DNA of 64,000 bases, taken from positions 2,201-66,200 of IMG/VR virus record IMGVR_UViG_3300046660_000364; one strand, 5' to 3'. The stretch comes from a virus (lineage: Duplodnaviria > Caudoviricetes). Positions 1 through 12,000 of the stretch are shown here, one piece after another. The notes under the pieces are model-generated. The model was given only the letters and a program-made list of their open reading frames with translations, was not told the DNA's origin and ran no database searches. How positions within the stretch are numbered: position 1 is the stretch's first letter; every line of letters starts with the position of its first letter. The translations under genes and the position numbers were made by a program.

Positions 1-3000
1 TCCAGCAGGCGCAGGTATGCGTCACGCTCCTCGCCGCGCGGCCCGGACAAGATGGTCTGCTCGACCCGTTCCAGGCCCCGCTGCAGCAGCAGGTCGGCCA
101 GCCGCCCCGAGGTCACTTCGGTGTTGCCGGTGCCGAACTTGACGTACTTCTCGACCAGGCGCTCGTTGTCCGGCGGCGCGTACAGCATCGGCGTGATGGT
201 CTTCTTGACCGTCTTGTCGCCGCGCGCGCCGGCCAGGACCGCGTCGATCCCGTCGCCGTAGCGGTAGCCGCCGGTCGTGTGCAGGCGCGCGCCGCGCGTG
301 ACCACCTGGCCGGACTTGGCGTCGGTCGAGGTGCCGGTGCGCATCAGCGCGAACACTTTGTTCGTGCGCTCGTTACGGAAGAAGCCGAGGAACTTGTCGC
401 CCCAGCGGGCCGCCTCCTGCTGCGCCTGGCTGAACGGGTTGAAGTGGGTCGGGTGGGTCAGTTCCAGCTCGACATAGCGGGTGGTCGCGCCGGTGCGCTT
501 GTCCTCGTAGACGACCTCGTCACGCAGCTTGGCCACCTTGTCGGCGCGCAGCGTCTCCATGCCGGCGTCAAACGTCCCCTGCGCCTTGGCGCGCTCGATG
601 GTTTCCTCGAGGCGGCGGAAGAACTCGTCGAACACGACGTCCTGGCGGGTGGTCTCCAGCGACAGCAGGCGGTTCAGGAACTGCGGCACGGTCGGCAGCT
701 TGCTGTAGTTCAGCGCGCCGGTCTGGACGTCGATCAGGCCGTTCAGGCCGAGCGCCGCGGTCGTCTCGGTGAAGTTGAGCGAGGCCTGGCCGTTGTACAT
801 GTCGACGAACAGGTTGTGCAGGGCGTCGATGGCGTGCTGGGATTCCAGGTTGTCGGTGGCCGAGAACATGCCCTGGCCGCCGGTTTCCCGCTGGCCCTTG
901 GTCAGCGCGCCCAGCTGGTCCAGGCGCCGCGCGATCGAGGAAATGAAGCGCTTTTGCGCCTTCAAATTCGTGGTCGGCAGCACGTAGTGCGGCTGGTTCG
1001 CCTCGTTCGAGCGGTGGGTGCGGCCGAAACCCTGCACCGCGTTGTTGGCGCGCCAGCCCGGCTGCACCAGGTAGTGGACGCGGCGGCGCTGGTTCTTGAC
1101 GTTCAGGTCCGACTGGAACGAGTAGCCGGTGCCGCCGGCGTCGGAGAACACCAGCACGCGCTTCTTGTCGGCCATGAAGGCGTCGGCGTCGGCCGGCACG
1201 CTGGAGGCCGGGCGCTTTTCTTCGACCACCGTAAAACTGCCGGTCTTCTTGTCCTGCACCTGCACGAAGCGGCGGCCGCGGCCGGTGATCTCGGCGACGT
1301 TGCTGGTGCCGAACGCGCGCAGGATCATGTCGAGCGGGTTGTCCGGCACGCGGATCTGCTCGAGGTTCTTCACCAGCTGGTCGCGCAGCGCCACCATTTC
1401 GCGGTTGAACACCGGGTTGCCCTTGGCATCCACCACCGGGCGGGTCTGCTTGGCGCCGTTCTCGTCGGTGTATTCCTCGTGCTGCTGCACCGGGAACGAG
1501 TTGCGCACGTAGTTGATGAGGGTTTCGCGCGGGGTGAAGTCGAAATCCTCGGGCACGGCGTCGTCGTCGTCGGCGATCTTCGCCGCTTGCCGTTCCTGCT
1601 CGGCCTCGTTGGTGTTCACCAGCTGCATGACGACCGCGTGGCCGGCGTCCAGGTCGCGCTGGGCGGCCTCGACGATCGACGGCATCTGCATGGACGTGAT
1701 GACGTGGTTGAAGAAGCGCTGGTGGCTGCCCCAGAACTGGGCCAGCGCGGCGCTTTTCGCCTTCGGGTTCTTGTCCTGCAGGGTAGCCTTGAGGGCGGCG
1801 TCGATGTTCTGCAGCACGCCCTGCCAGGCGCGCGCCAGCTCGTTGTAGATGTCGGTCTGCAGCGGGGTCAGCTCGTGCTCGAGGCGGTCGTAGGTGACGC
1901 CGTCGAACGACAGCGAACGCGCCAGGTAGGAACCCTGCGCCTTCATGTCGCGCGAGACCAGTTCCATCGCCGCCACGCCGCCGGACTCGATGCCGCCGAT
2001 GAAATCCGTGACCTTGGCGAACGCCGAGCCTTCGCCCCACAGGCCCAGGCGGCTTGCATAGCCCAGGTTGTGGACTTCGGTGGCGCCGGTGGCCGAGACG
2101 TAGACGATGCGCGCGTTCGGCAGCGCCGCCTGCAGCGCCAGGCCGGCCAGCGCCTTGGCCGCCGGCTTGGTCTTGCCGCGCTTGCCCTTGCGCTCGACCA
2201 CGTTGCCCATGTTGTGGGCCTCGTCGAACGCGATCACGCCGTCGAAATCCTTGCCCAGCCAGTCGACGATCTGCTGCAGGCGCGACTTGCCGCCGGCCTT
2301 CTTGTCTTCCTTCAGGTGGCTGATGCCGCCCCAGCCGCTGTTGCCGCCGACCTTGCTCAGTTCGTCGAAGCGCACGGTGGTCTGCACGCCGTTGGCGAGC
2401 GCGATCTTGGCCTTGTGGCCGCGCGTCTCCCACGACACCAGGGTGCCGGGGCGACCGCGGAACTCGACCGCGGTGCCCGCCGGGTAGGTTTTCTTGAGCT
2501 GCTCGGCCGACATGGTGCCGTCGCCGGCCAGGCCGGCGCCGCCCTGCTGCAGGGTGCTGCCCGAGCGCAGCGTGTCGTAGGTCGTGAACAGGATGCCGCT
2601 CTTGGCGTCGATCGTGGCGTCGGCCTTGAACTTGTTGTGTGGCAGCAGCTGGTCGGGGTTGCCCGAGACGCCGCCGAAGTCGCGCTTGGCATCGCGCAGC
2701 AGGCCCTGCTTGGCCGACAGCCAGACCGCCTTGGTGCGGCCCTGGCGCTGGTTGTCGAGCAGGATGCCGGCGATCTCGCGGCCCTTGCCGACGCCGGTGC
2801 CGTCGCCGATGAAGAAGCCGCGCCGTTCCTTGTTCCCCGGCAGCATCTGGCTGTGCGCCTGGCCGGCGTACACCACCGCCTCGAGCTGGGCCAGCGACAG
2901 CATGCCCTGCTCGATCACGGCTTTCGGCAGGTTCGGGGCGTAGGATGGGGCCGGTGGCAGCACGGCCGCCATGGCCGAGGACTGGACCAGCTTGCCCGGG

Positions 3001-6000
3001 TGCGCCTTGGCGCCCGGGATCGAGAGGCGCTGCGGGGTGTAGTTCTCGAAGATCGCGTCGGACAGCTCGCCGGTGGCGGCGGCCTGGTCGGTCGACTCGA
3101 CCGTGACTTCGCCCTTTACGGGGCGTTCGCCACCATCGCGTTGTACAGGTTCTCGATCAGCAGTTCCGCTGCGTCCTCGGGTGTTTCCTGATCCGCCAGT
3201 TCCTCGGCCGTCAGCACCACGTCCTCCGGGCTTTCCGGGTTGGTCAGGAACCGCACCGCCTTTTTCGGCTCCCAGCTGGTTGCCATCGCGTTGACCTGCG
3301 CCATCATCCGGTCCTCGTCCGGGTCGCCCGGACTCGCCGGCACCGGATTGATCCCGTTCTCCAGACCCCAGCGGATCAGCGTCAGCACCGCCGGCTCGGT
3401 CGCCAGTGGTTTCTGGCCCGGCAGGAACGCGATCGCCGCCTTGTTGATCGGCAGCTGGTTCACCAGGAGCGTACGCGCCATCCGTATTTTGAGGAGCTTG
3501 TCGTTCATTGCGGATACCCTCCAGCAGTGCCGGCAGTTCGGCCAGCGTTTTGACCTGGCCGGTCACGACCGTGCCCGTGGTCGGGCCGGTCTTGTCGATG
3601 ACCAGGATCTGGTTGTCGAACGTGGTGCCGTACTTGGCATAGTTGCTGCCGTCGACACCAATGTTGACACGCACATTATAGTCCCGTCGGATCTGGGACC
3701 ACCATTTCTTGAACGCCGGCTTGTCGGCGGCCATGCCGTTGCCGACGATCGCCACCAGGCGCCCGCCCTCGCTCAGGCGTTTCAGGGCCTGCTCGATGTG
3801 CAGCGCGCCGTTCATGGTGTCGCGCGCGCCCTGGATGCGCCCGGCGGTCGCGGAGAACGGCGGGTTCATCAGGATCACGCCCGGCTTGACCTCGTCGGGC
3901 AGGATGTTGTGCAGCTGCTCGGCGTTCTCCTGGAACAGGCGCGCCTCGGGCAGCACCGTTTTCAGCACTTCGGCGCGGCGCGAGGACAGCTCGTTGACGA
4001 CGACGTCGGCTCCGGCCAGCTTGGCGTAGATCGCCAGGCTGCCGGTGCCGGCCGACGGCTCCAGCACCTGCTCGCCGGGCCGGATGTTGGCCAGCCAGGC
4101 GGCGGCGAACGCCTCCGAGGGCGGGGTCGAGAACTGCTGGTACTCGTCCATTTCCTCGGTGCGGCGGCTCTGGGTGGCCAGCATCTGGGTCCACTTGTCG
4201 AGCTGCTCGATCTTGTGGACCGCGTCGGTGGCGGACCCGTCCGGCGTCACCTGCTGGGCCATGATGTGGCGGTTCACGCCCGCTTCCATCGCGTCGTAGG
4301 CGTCCTTGACGCTGTACTTGCCCTCGGCCTGGGTGCCGCCGAAGGCCTTGTCGGCCGCCTCGAACAGCTGCTTGCTGCCGAAGGTCTGGCCGCTGGCCAG
4401 CCACTGCTGGACCTGCTGCGCGATCCGCTCGGTGCTGGACGCCGGCGCCGACAGGTTGGCCGACAGGCCCTGCTCCTTGGCGAACTGGATCGCGTACGGG
4501 CGGATGCCGGGGCCGAAGTGCTGGATCAGCATCTTGAACAGGTCGACCAGGGTTTTACCGGCCGCCTGGAACGCCACCAGCGCCTTCTCGAAGTGCGGCT
4601 TCGCGGCCTTGTACGAGTCCTCGTCGAAACCGGCCGGGAACGATTTCAGGGCGTTGCCGCCGAACAGCTGGATCAGGCCTTTCAGCGACTCCTCGATGCC
4701 GGTCACGCCGAGCTTGGCCGCCTCGCCGATCAGCTGCTTGGCGCTCTTTTCCTGCTCGGCCGACAGCGTCGGCGCGGCCTTCGGGCCAGTCTTGACGATG
4801 AGCTTGGCCTGCAGCTTGGTCTTGGCCTGGTCCCAGTTGATCGACTTGAGGAACGCTTCGCGCCCTTCCTTGATCGACACCAGCGTGTACGACTTGCCGC
4901 CCGGGGTCTGGCGCATTTCGCCGCCGCCGTCCCAGGTGACGTCGTACTCGGGGGTCTTGGTGTGGAACAGGCCGAAACCCTTGTGCTCGGTGTACTGGCC
5001 CGGCATGTCGTGGATGATCGACAGGCCGCGCGACGGATCGGCCAGCAGGAACACCTGGCCGTCGTCGATCAGCCCGATCAGGTGCTGGTAATCCTCCTGG
5101 GTCCAGTGGTCGGCTTTCGCGGCTTCGCCCGGGTCTTTCGCCTCGGGCTGCTCCTGCTGCTCCTCGGCCAGCTCGCTCTCGGCCTGGTCGAACAGGTTCT
5201 CGAGATCCGATTCGGACAGCGGGCCGGCGGCCGGTTCGGCGGCCTGCTGCTGCTGTTTCTCCAGTTCCTCGCGCAGGCGGGCCGCCTCGGCATCGCGCTC
5301 GGCCTGCTCGCGCGCCTGCTGCTCGGCGCGCGCCTGTTCCTGCCTGGCGCGCTCGGCCTCGTCCTTGGCGTACTGGTTGGCCAGCGCCGTCGCTTCCTTC
5401 TGCGCCAGGTGCGCGCGCACCATCGACGGGATCTGCGCTTTGAGCGACTCGATCGCTTCGCGGTACTGGCGGTCCTGGTCCGGGAATTCCTGGTTGAACT
5501 TCTCGATGTCGAGCGTGACGCCGCTGTCGGAGAACTGCAGCGCCTTCACCAGCGCCTGCACGCCGTCGTTGAACAGCTTGCGTTCCTCGCCCATCGGGTA
5601 CGGGGCGCCCTTGTATTGCGGCGCCTTGATCTTGCCTTCTCCGACCCAGTCCGGGTTGACCAGGTAGTTCGAGACGCCCCCGAGGGTGTCGTGGACCCAG
5701 CTCTCGGCCGCGCGCGCCAGCAGCTCCTTCGGGTTGCCCCAGTAGTCGGCGCCCATCGTGTCGGCTTCGCGCTTGTAGTCGGTCGGCATCGCGCTCTGCT
5801 GCCCGGTTTCATAGCGCAGCACGCCCTCGGCGTTCTGGATCAGGCCGGCCTCGCTCTTGAGGTCGTAGATCGGCGTGTTGCGGCGGCCGCGGCGCATGAA
5901 GCTGCGCCCGCGCACCGCCAGCTGCAGCTTGCCCGCCAGCGCCTCGACATCGCGGGCGGACGACAGCAGCTTGACCAGGCGCTGCACGGCCGTGTGCTGG

Positions 6001-9000
6001 ACCCAGCTGGTGCTCGTATAGCCCTGGTTCAGGGCGTGGTCGAGCGCGTGGAACCACTCGTGGGCCACGGTGCCGTCGCCCTTGGTGTTGGTGACGTTGA
6101 TGACGGGAACCGTGCCGCCGTCCGGGTGCGGCTGCTTGGCCTGGAAGTGCGCGGCGTGGCGGCCGTGGCCGAGCGCGCCGATGGCGAAGTGCAGCGTGCC
6201 GCCCAGGCCGATGTGCTTCGGGCTGATCCCGAGCAGGTTGGCCAGGTCCATGAAGGCGTCGAAGGCGTAGTTCAGGTGGTCCTGGTCCTGGCGCGCGGCG
6301 ACGTAGCGGCCGAAACCGACGTCGGCAAAGCCGAACGTCTCCTTCATCTGCTGCGGGGTGACGTTCTGGCCGTTGCGGTGGTCGGGCAGCTTCTCGCCCT
6401 CGCGCACCACGCGGTCCAGTTTCGGCACCAGCAGCGCCTGCTTGCGGTTGCTGGGGCCGTCCGGCTCGGCTTCGTTCTTGAGCAGCCCGGTGGTCTGGCG
6501 GCCTTCCGGCTCGAACCCGTACGACGAGCCGCGCATCATGCGGTGCAGCTGCTCGCCGGCCTCGCTCAGGCGGTTGTTGGACCAGTTGCGGGCGGTCTTG
6601 TCCTTGACCGTGTAGTCCTGGAAGCGCTGCGCCGCCTCGGCGATATTGGTAACGCCGGCCAGGGCTTCGGCCACGCCCTGCAGGCGGGCGTTGTAGGTGG
6701 CGGCGGCCTCCTGCAGCAGCTCGAGGCGGGCCTGGGCGTCGGCGTCCTCCATGCTGGTGCGCTTGCCGGTGGCGTCGTGGATGTACGGGTAGGCGCGGCC
6801 GTCGAGGAAGCGGGCGATCTTGCCCGAATCGCTCTCGCGGTAGCCGATCTCGCCATACAGGCTGGCCAGCGGCCCGGTGTCGAGCAGCCATTCCTGGAAC
6901 GGCTTGATGTCGTCGCGCAGCGCCGTGATGTAGCGCTTGACGCCCGGGGTGGCGCCCTCGCCGGCGACGTTGGCGAACGCCTCCACGCGCGAGGCCTGGT
7001 CCTTGATGATCTGGTAGGACCCGGTCATGTTGTCGGCCGTGACCTCCTTGATCCTGCGCTTGGACTCGTCGAACCAGCGGCGCAGCGCGGCGCCGGTGTT
7101 TTCCAGCTTCTTGCCGCGGCGCCCGGTGAACCAGGCTTGCCCCTCGTCCGACTTGATCCAGGCGGCGCCGGCCTCGTAGCCCTGCTGCAGCTGCGTGACC
7201 TGCGGCAGGGTCGACTTGGTCTTGCCGGCCAGCGCGTGGTCGAAGCCGGTCTTGAACAGCGCGATCATGTCCGGCGGGATGCCGACGGCCTGCGCGGCCT
7301 TGACCAGTTCGGCCTGGTAGACGGCCGGATCGCGGTCGATTTCCTTCTCGGCGCGTTTCTCCGCGCGCTTGAGGTATTTATACAGCGACTCGTAGAATTC
7401 CTTGGGCAGCGTGGGCTGGCCGTTGATGACCAGGTTGTCCAGCATCAGGCGGCGGTCGGCGTCGATCTCGCCGGCCTTTTCCCTGGCCACCCAGTCCTTG
7501 ATCGGGCCGCTGGCGACGCTGCCGAACTCGGTCGACAGGCGCCCATCCATTGTCTTCATCAGGGCCGCGTCCTTCGACAGCACGCCGAACAGCTCGCGCT
7601 GGCCGGCACGCACCAGTTTTTCGCGCTTCTTGGCGAACTCGGCCTCCTTGACGCGGCGGTTGTCCCACCAGTCGAACGCATCGCTGCGGGCGGCCTCGAC
7701 CGCCTGCTGCAGTGACAGGTTCTGCTGGAAGCCGATGACCTTGTTGCTGTACGGGTAGCTGACCTCGACAGTATAGGTGTCGGCCTGGATGCGGCCGAAC
7801 CCGCCGCGGCCGGCCGGCTTGACCTCGAACGTGGCATCGCCGAAGCGTACCTTGCCGTGGTCTTTCAGGTCGGTCTCGAACTGCTTGGGCGACATCGGGC
7901 GCGAACCGGCCAGGGCGCCTTCGTCCTCCGGTGCGGCTTCCGGCTTGTTCTCGGCTTCGTTCAGATCGTCGATGACGTCGTCGAGCACGCGGGCCTGCGG
8001 GCCGAACTTGCGCATCAGGCGGCTCGACGCCTCCTCCAGCAGATCCGCCAGGTCGATGACGGTCTTTTCCTTGCCCAGTTCCTCGATCACGCTGCGGATG
8101 CCCATGCGGGCGGCGCCTTCCGGGGTGTTGCGGTCGGCGTCGAAGCCGTCGAGCAGCTTCTGCAGGCGCTCGGCCACGGCGGTGCGGACGGTTTTCGGGT
8201 AGCGGCGGGTGCCAGGCGCATCCTGCTTGGCCCCGGCTTTCGGTTCGGCCTTGACCTCGGGCCTGGCTTCGGCCTTGACCTCGGCTTTCACCGCGTCGTT
8301 CAGGCGGCGTGCGGCATCTTCCAGCAGCGTGTCGACGCTGGCCGGGCTGCGGTGCACCTGGTAGTCGCGTCGGTAGCTGTTCCAGTTCGACAGGATCTGG
8401 TGGGTGTCGTGCTTGGCAGCGGCCAGCGCATCGGCGACGGTGTCGCCCATACCGATCCGGCGCAGCAGCGTGGCGATGCCTTCGCCGCGCGCAAAAGCGT
8501 CGACGTGGGCGCCGCCGGCCGGGATCTCTCCCTGGCGCGGGGCCAGCTTCTGGTACTCGCGCGAGTAGCCGTCGGACTGTTCGCGCAGCGCGCGCATGGC
8601 GGCCAGCACGTTCTCGCGCGGGCCGGCGTCCAGCGCGCCGAGCCAGCCTTTCAGGGCCGGGGCGTTCTTGGCGTTCTGCTCCAGCAGCTGGGCGAATAGC
8701 TCCTTGGTCAGCGGCTGCTGGCCGTCGTGCTGCTGGTGGTAGGCGGCGTACACCGACTCGAGGTCGGCCGGCAGCTTGCCGCGCACCAGCTCGGTCGCGC
8801 CCTTGAGCCAGTGCGTGTAGGTGTCGCTCTCGAACGGATTGAGGGCTTCGGTCTTGGGCTGCATACCCGGCGCCACCGTCGTCGACTGCAGGCGCAGGTC
8901 ACGCGCGCCAGCCGCGGTGACGCGCCCGGCCGGCAGCTTGCCCAGTTCGGCGCGGGCGCTCTTGATGCCCTTGTTGACGGCCCGGGTCTCGTCGGCGGTC

Positions 9001-12000
9001 AGCTTGGTGTGCAGGCGCTTCTCCAGGCTGGCGATATGCTGCAGCAGGGCGACCCGGCGCGTGTCCTGCTCGACCGACGCAAACCCCTTGACCAGGCGTT
9101 TGGCCTGCGCGGTGTCCTCGGCCAGCAGTGCCTGCTGGGCGGCCTCGGCTTCGCGCGCTCCCTTGACGGCGGTCAGGATGGCGCCGGTGGTGCGCAGCGA
9201 ATCCTTGCCGTGCTCGGACAGGTCTTGGCGGATCGCCTGGCCGGCAGCCTCGATCGCCAGCATGCGCGATGCGCTCGGCGTCGAGTCCAGCCGTGGCCTG
9301 AGCAGGGCACGGCCGGTGGCGTTGCCGCCCTTGCCGCCCTGCTGGTAGCCGAACGAATAGGCCCACTGCTGGTTTGGCGCCTGCGCGACCTGGATCTCGA
9401 ACGAGAACTGTTCCTTGCCGGTACGCTTGTTGTCGTATTTCAGCGCCGTCTCGTAGTCGGGGAAATAGCCGTCTTTCGGCGCGGTGTCCTCGGCATAGCC
9501 CCACTTGACGGCCAGGGTTTTGAGTTCCTCGTTGTGGGCGCCGTGGTGGTCGCTGATGAACTGGCGCGCGGCGCGGTCAAGATAGCCGGGCAGCTTGTCG
9601 AGGCTGTCGGTGAACACCTGCACGTCACGCGCCTCGATCTTCCCGTCCTTGGCCATCTGGCCCAGCGCCTTCTCGAACGCGGCCTTGTAGCTGTCCTTGA
9701 AGTCGACGAAGCGGTTGCCGGTGCCAGCCAGGTCGGCCTGCGCGACCAGCTGCTTGTCGGCGCCCAGCGCGGCCTCGACCTGCTCGCGGATCTGCGCCTT
9801 GCGCTTCTCGACGTCGTCGGCCAGCTCGCCCGGCGCGGCCTGCTCGGCCGGGGTCAGGACGTCGAGGAAGCCGCTGTGGAATTCCTGCTGGCGCTCGACC
9901 TTTTCCGGGGTGTCGTCCAGGTTGACGATAAAGTATCGGTTTTCGCCGACGATCATTTCGCGCTCGACCGTGCCCATGCGGCCGGCGAAGCGGTTGGCGT
10001 CTTTCAGCGACACGCCCGCGACCGGGGCCTTGGTCAGGCGCTTGATGCGCACGCGCACGCCCACCTCGAGCGGCGCCGGACGTTCCGGCAGGGTGCCCAG
10101 GCGCTCGTGCACGGTGCGCAGGTATTCGCCGAGCTGGCCGCGCTGCTGGCCGATGAAGCCGACCGTGCCCGCCACCTTGGCGTCGGGGCCGACGAAGCCG
10201 GCCGCGCGCAGCTGCTCGGTGTAGGCGGTCGCCACCGGCGCGTACAGCTGGCCGCCGGCGATATACACCTCGCTGAAATTCTTGTCCTTGAAGTCGCTCA
10301 CCATCACGCCTTCGGCGATCAGCTCCTGCTGGCGCGCGGGCGTCATCTTCTCGTCGTAGCTCGACAGGACGGCGCCGGCGCGCACCAGGCCGTGCTTGGC
10401 CGACAGGACGTAGACATCCATCGCGTTCTTCGGCATCCACTTGCGCAGGACGTCGAACATCGCGCCCTTGTACAGGTCGATCGCGGCGTGGCGGCCAGGC
10501 AGCTTTTCGTCGGTGCAGGCGATGATGAGCAGCGGCTTGGCTTCCTTCTCGTCGTAGACGTGGATGCGCTGCTGGTTCTGGACGACAGGCAGCGCCTCGG
10601 CGCGCTCGCGCTCGTAGCGGCGCACGGCGCCGTCGATGTACGGACGCACCTTGTCCGGGTCCATTCCCAGCAGTTTCTCGCGCAGCGCCGCGATCGTGTT
10701 CGGCCGGATGTGGTCGGGCAGACCCAGCTCGAGTTCCTTGTTGACCAGGTTGCCGGTGCCGAGCGAGATCCCGGCGATCGCGCGCTTTTCGTCCTCGGTG
10801 AAGGAGCGGGTCTTGCCCGGCTTGGCGGCTTCCTCGGTCTCGTCCTGCTTGCTGGCCAGCGCCTCGTCGATCCGGGCCTGCACCGCATCGGCGGTTTTCG
10901 CCACCTCGGCGGTGATCTGGACGTCGCGCGCCTTCTGTTCCTGATCGAACGCCTTGCGCTCTTTCTCGTCGAGCTGCTTGAGGGCGGCTTCCCTGGCCTT
11001 GCGGTGCTCGGCGGCGGCGCCCTTGTACTCGTCGGCCAGCGGCTGCAGGCGGGCGACGTCGGCGTCGTCGGTCAGCTTCTGGCTGGCCTGCTCCACCATG
11101 TCCCAGGCGAATTCAGCCTTGTCCTCCTCGAGCTTGGCGCGGTGCGCGGCGTCCCGTTGCTGGCCGGACGGCGGCGCTGCGGGTTCCTCTGGCTTCTGCT
11201 CCTGCTTGGCCGCCGGCACCAGGCCGCCGTCGCGCAGGTAGACGCTGCCGTTGCTGTCGACGTGTACGGCCGGATCGCGTTTCAGGATGTCGATCAGCGG
11301 ACGCGCCGGCTTCATGATGTTCTTGGCCTGCAGGTTTTCCACCACCAGCTGGCTGGCCAGGTCGCGCTTGAACTGGTCCCAGGCCACGCCGTCCGGGTTC
11401 AGGCTGCGCACCTTGCCGTCGGCATCCTTGAGTTTCAGGTTCTTGTCCGAGATCGACTCGACGCTCTGCTGCTTGCCGTTCAGCTCGAACTTGTCGCCGA
11501 CCTTCATGTTGGCGGCGGCGATGTTGGCCCAGGCGTGGTCGTTGTAGGCGTCCTGCTCGCTGGTGACGGCCTTCTGGAAGCCGAGCCGGCGGTTCGGGTA
11601 GTCGACCCCGGCCGGCTTGTCCTGCTGTGCATCAGGCGTGGCGGCCTTCGCTTCCGGCTTGGCCTTCTCCTCCTGCTGTGCGGCTGGCACCGGCCCGCCG
11701 TCGCGCAGGGACACCGCCTCGGCGCGCACGGCCTCGACGTACCTGGCCGAGTTGGCGTCGACCTGGTCGGCCTGCGCTTTCTCGCGCTCGGACAGTTCGT
11801 CGCCGCGACGGGCCAGGTTGCTGCGGTTCTTCGCGCTATGGAACAGGTTCATGTGCGCGGCCGACAGCTCGCCCTGCTTGTCCAGCAGCGGCTGCAGGCG
11901 GGCGCGCGCGGCGGCATCGGCCGGGTTCCACACGTCCAGCACCGCGTTGTAGGCGCGGCCGGCGGCGTGCCACCAGGCGCCGTGGTACAGCGCGGCCTCG

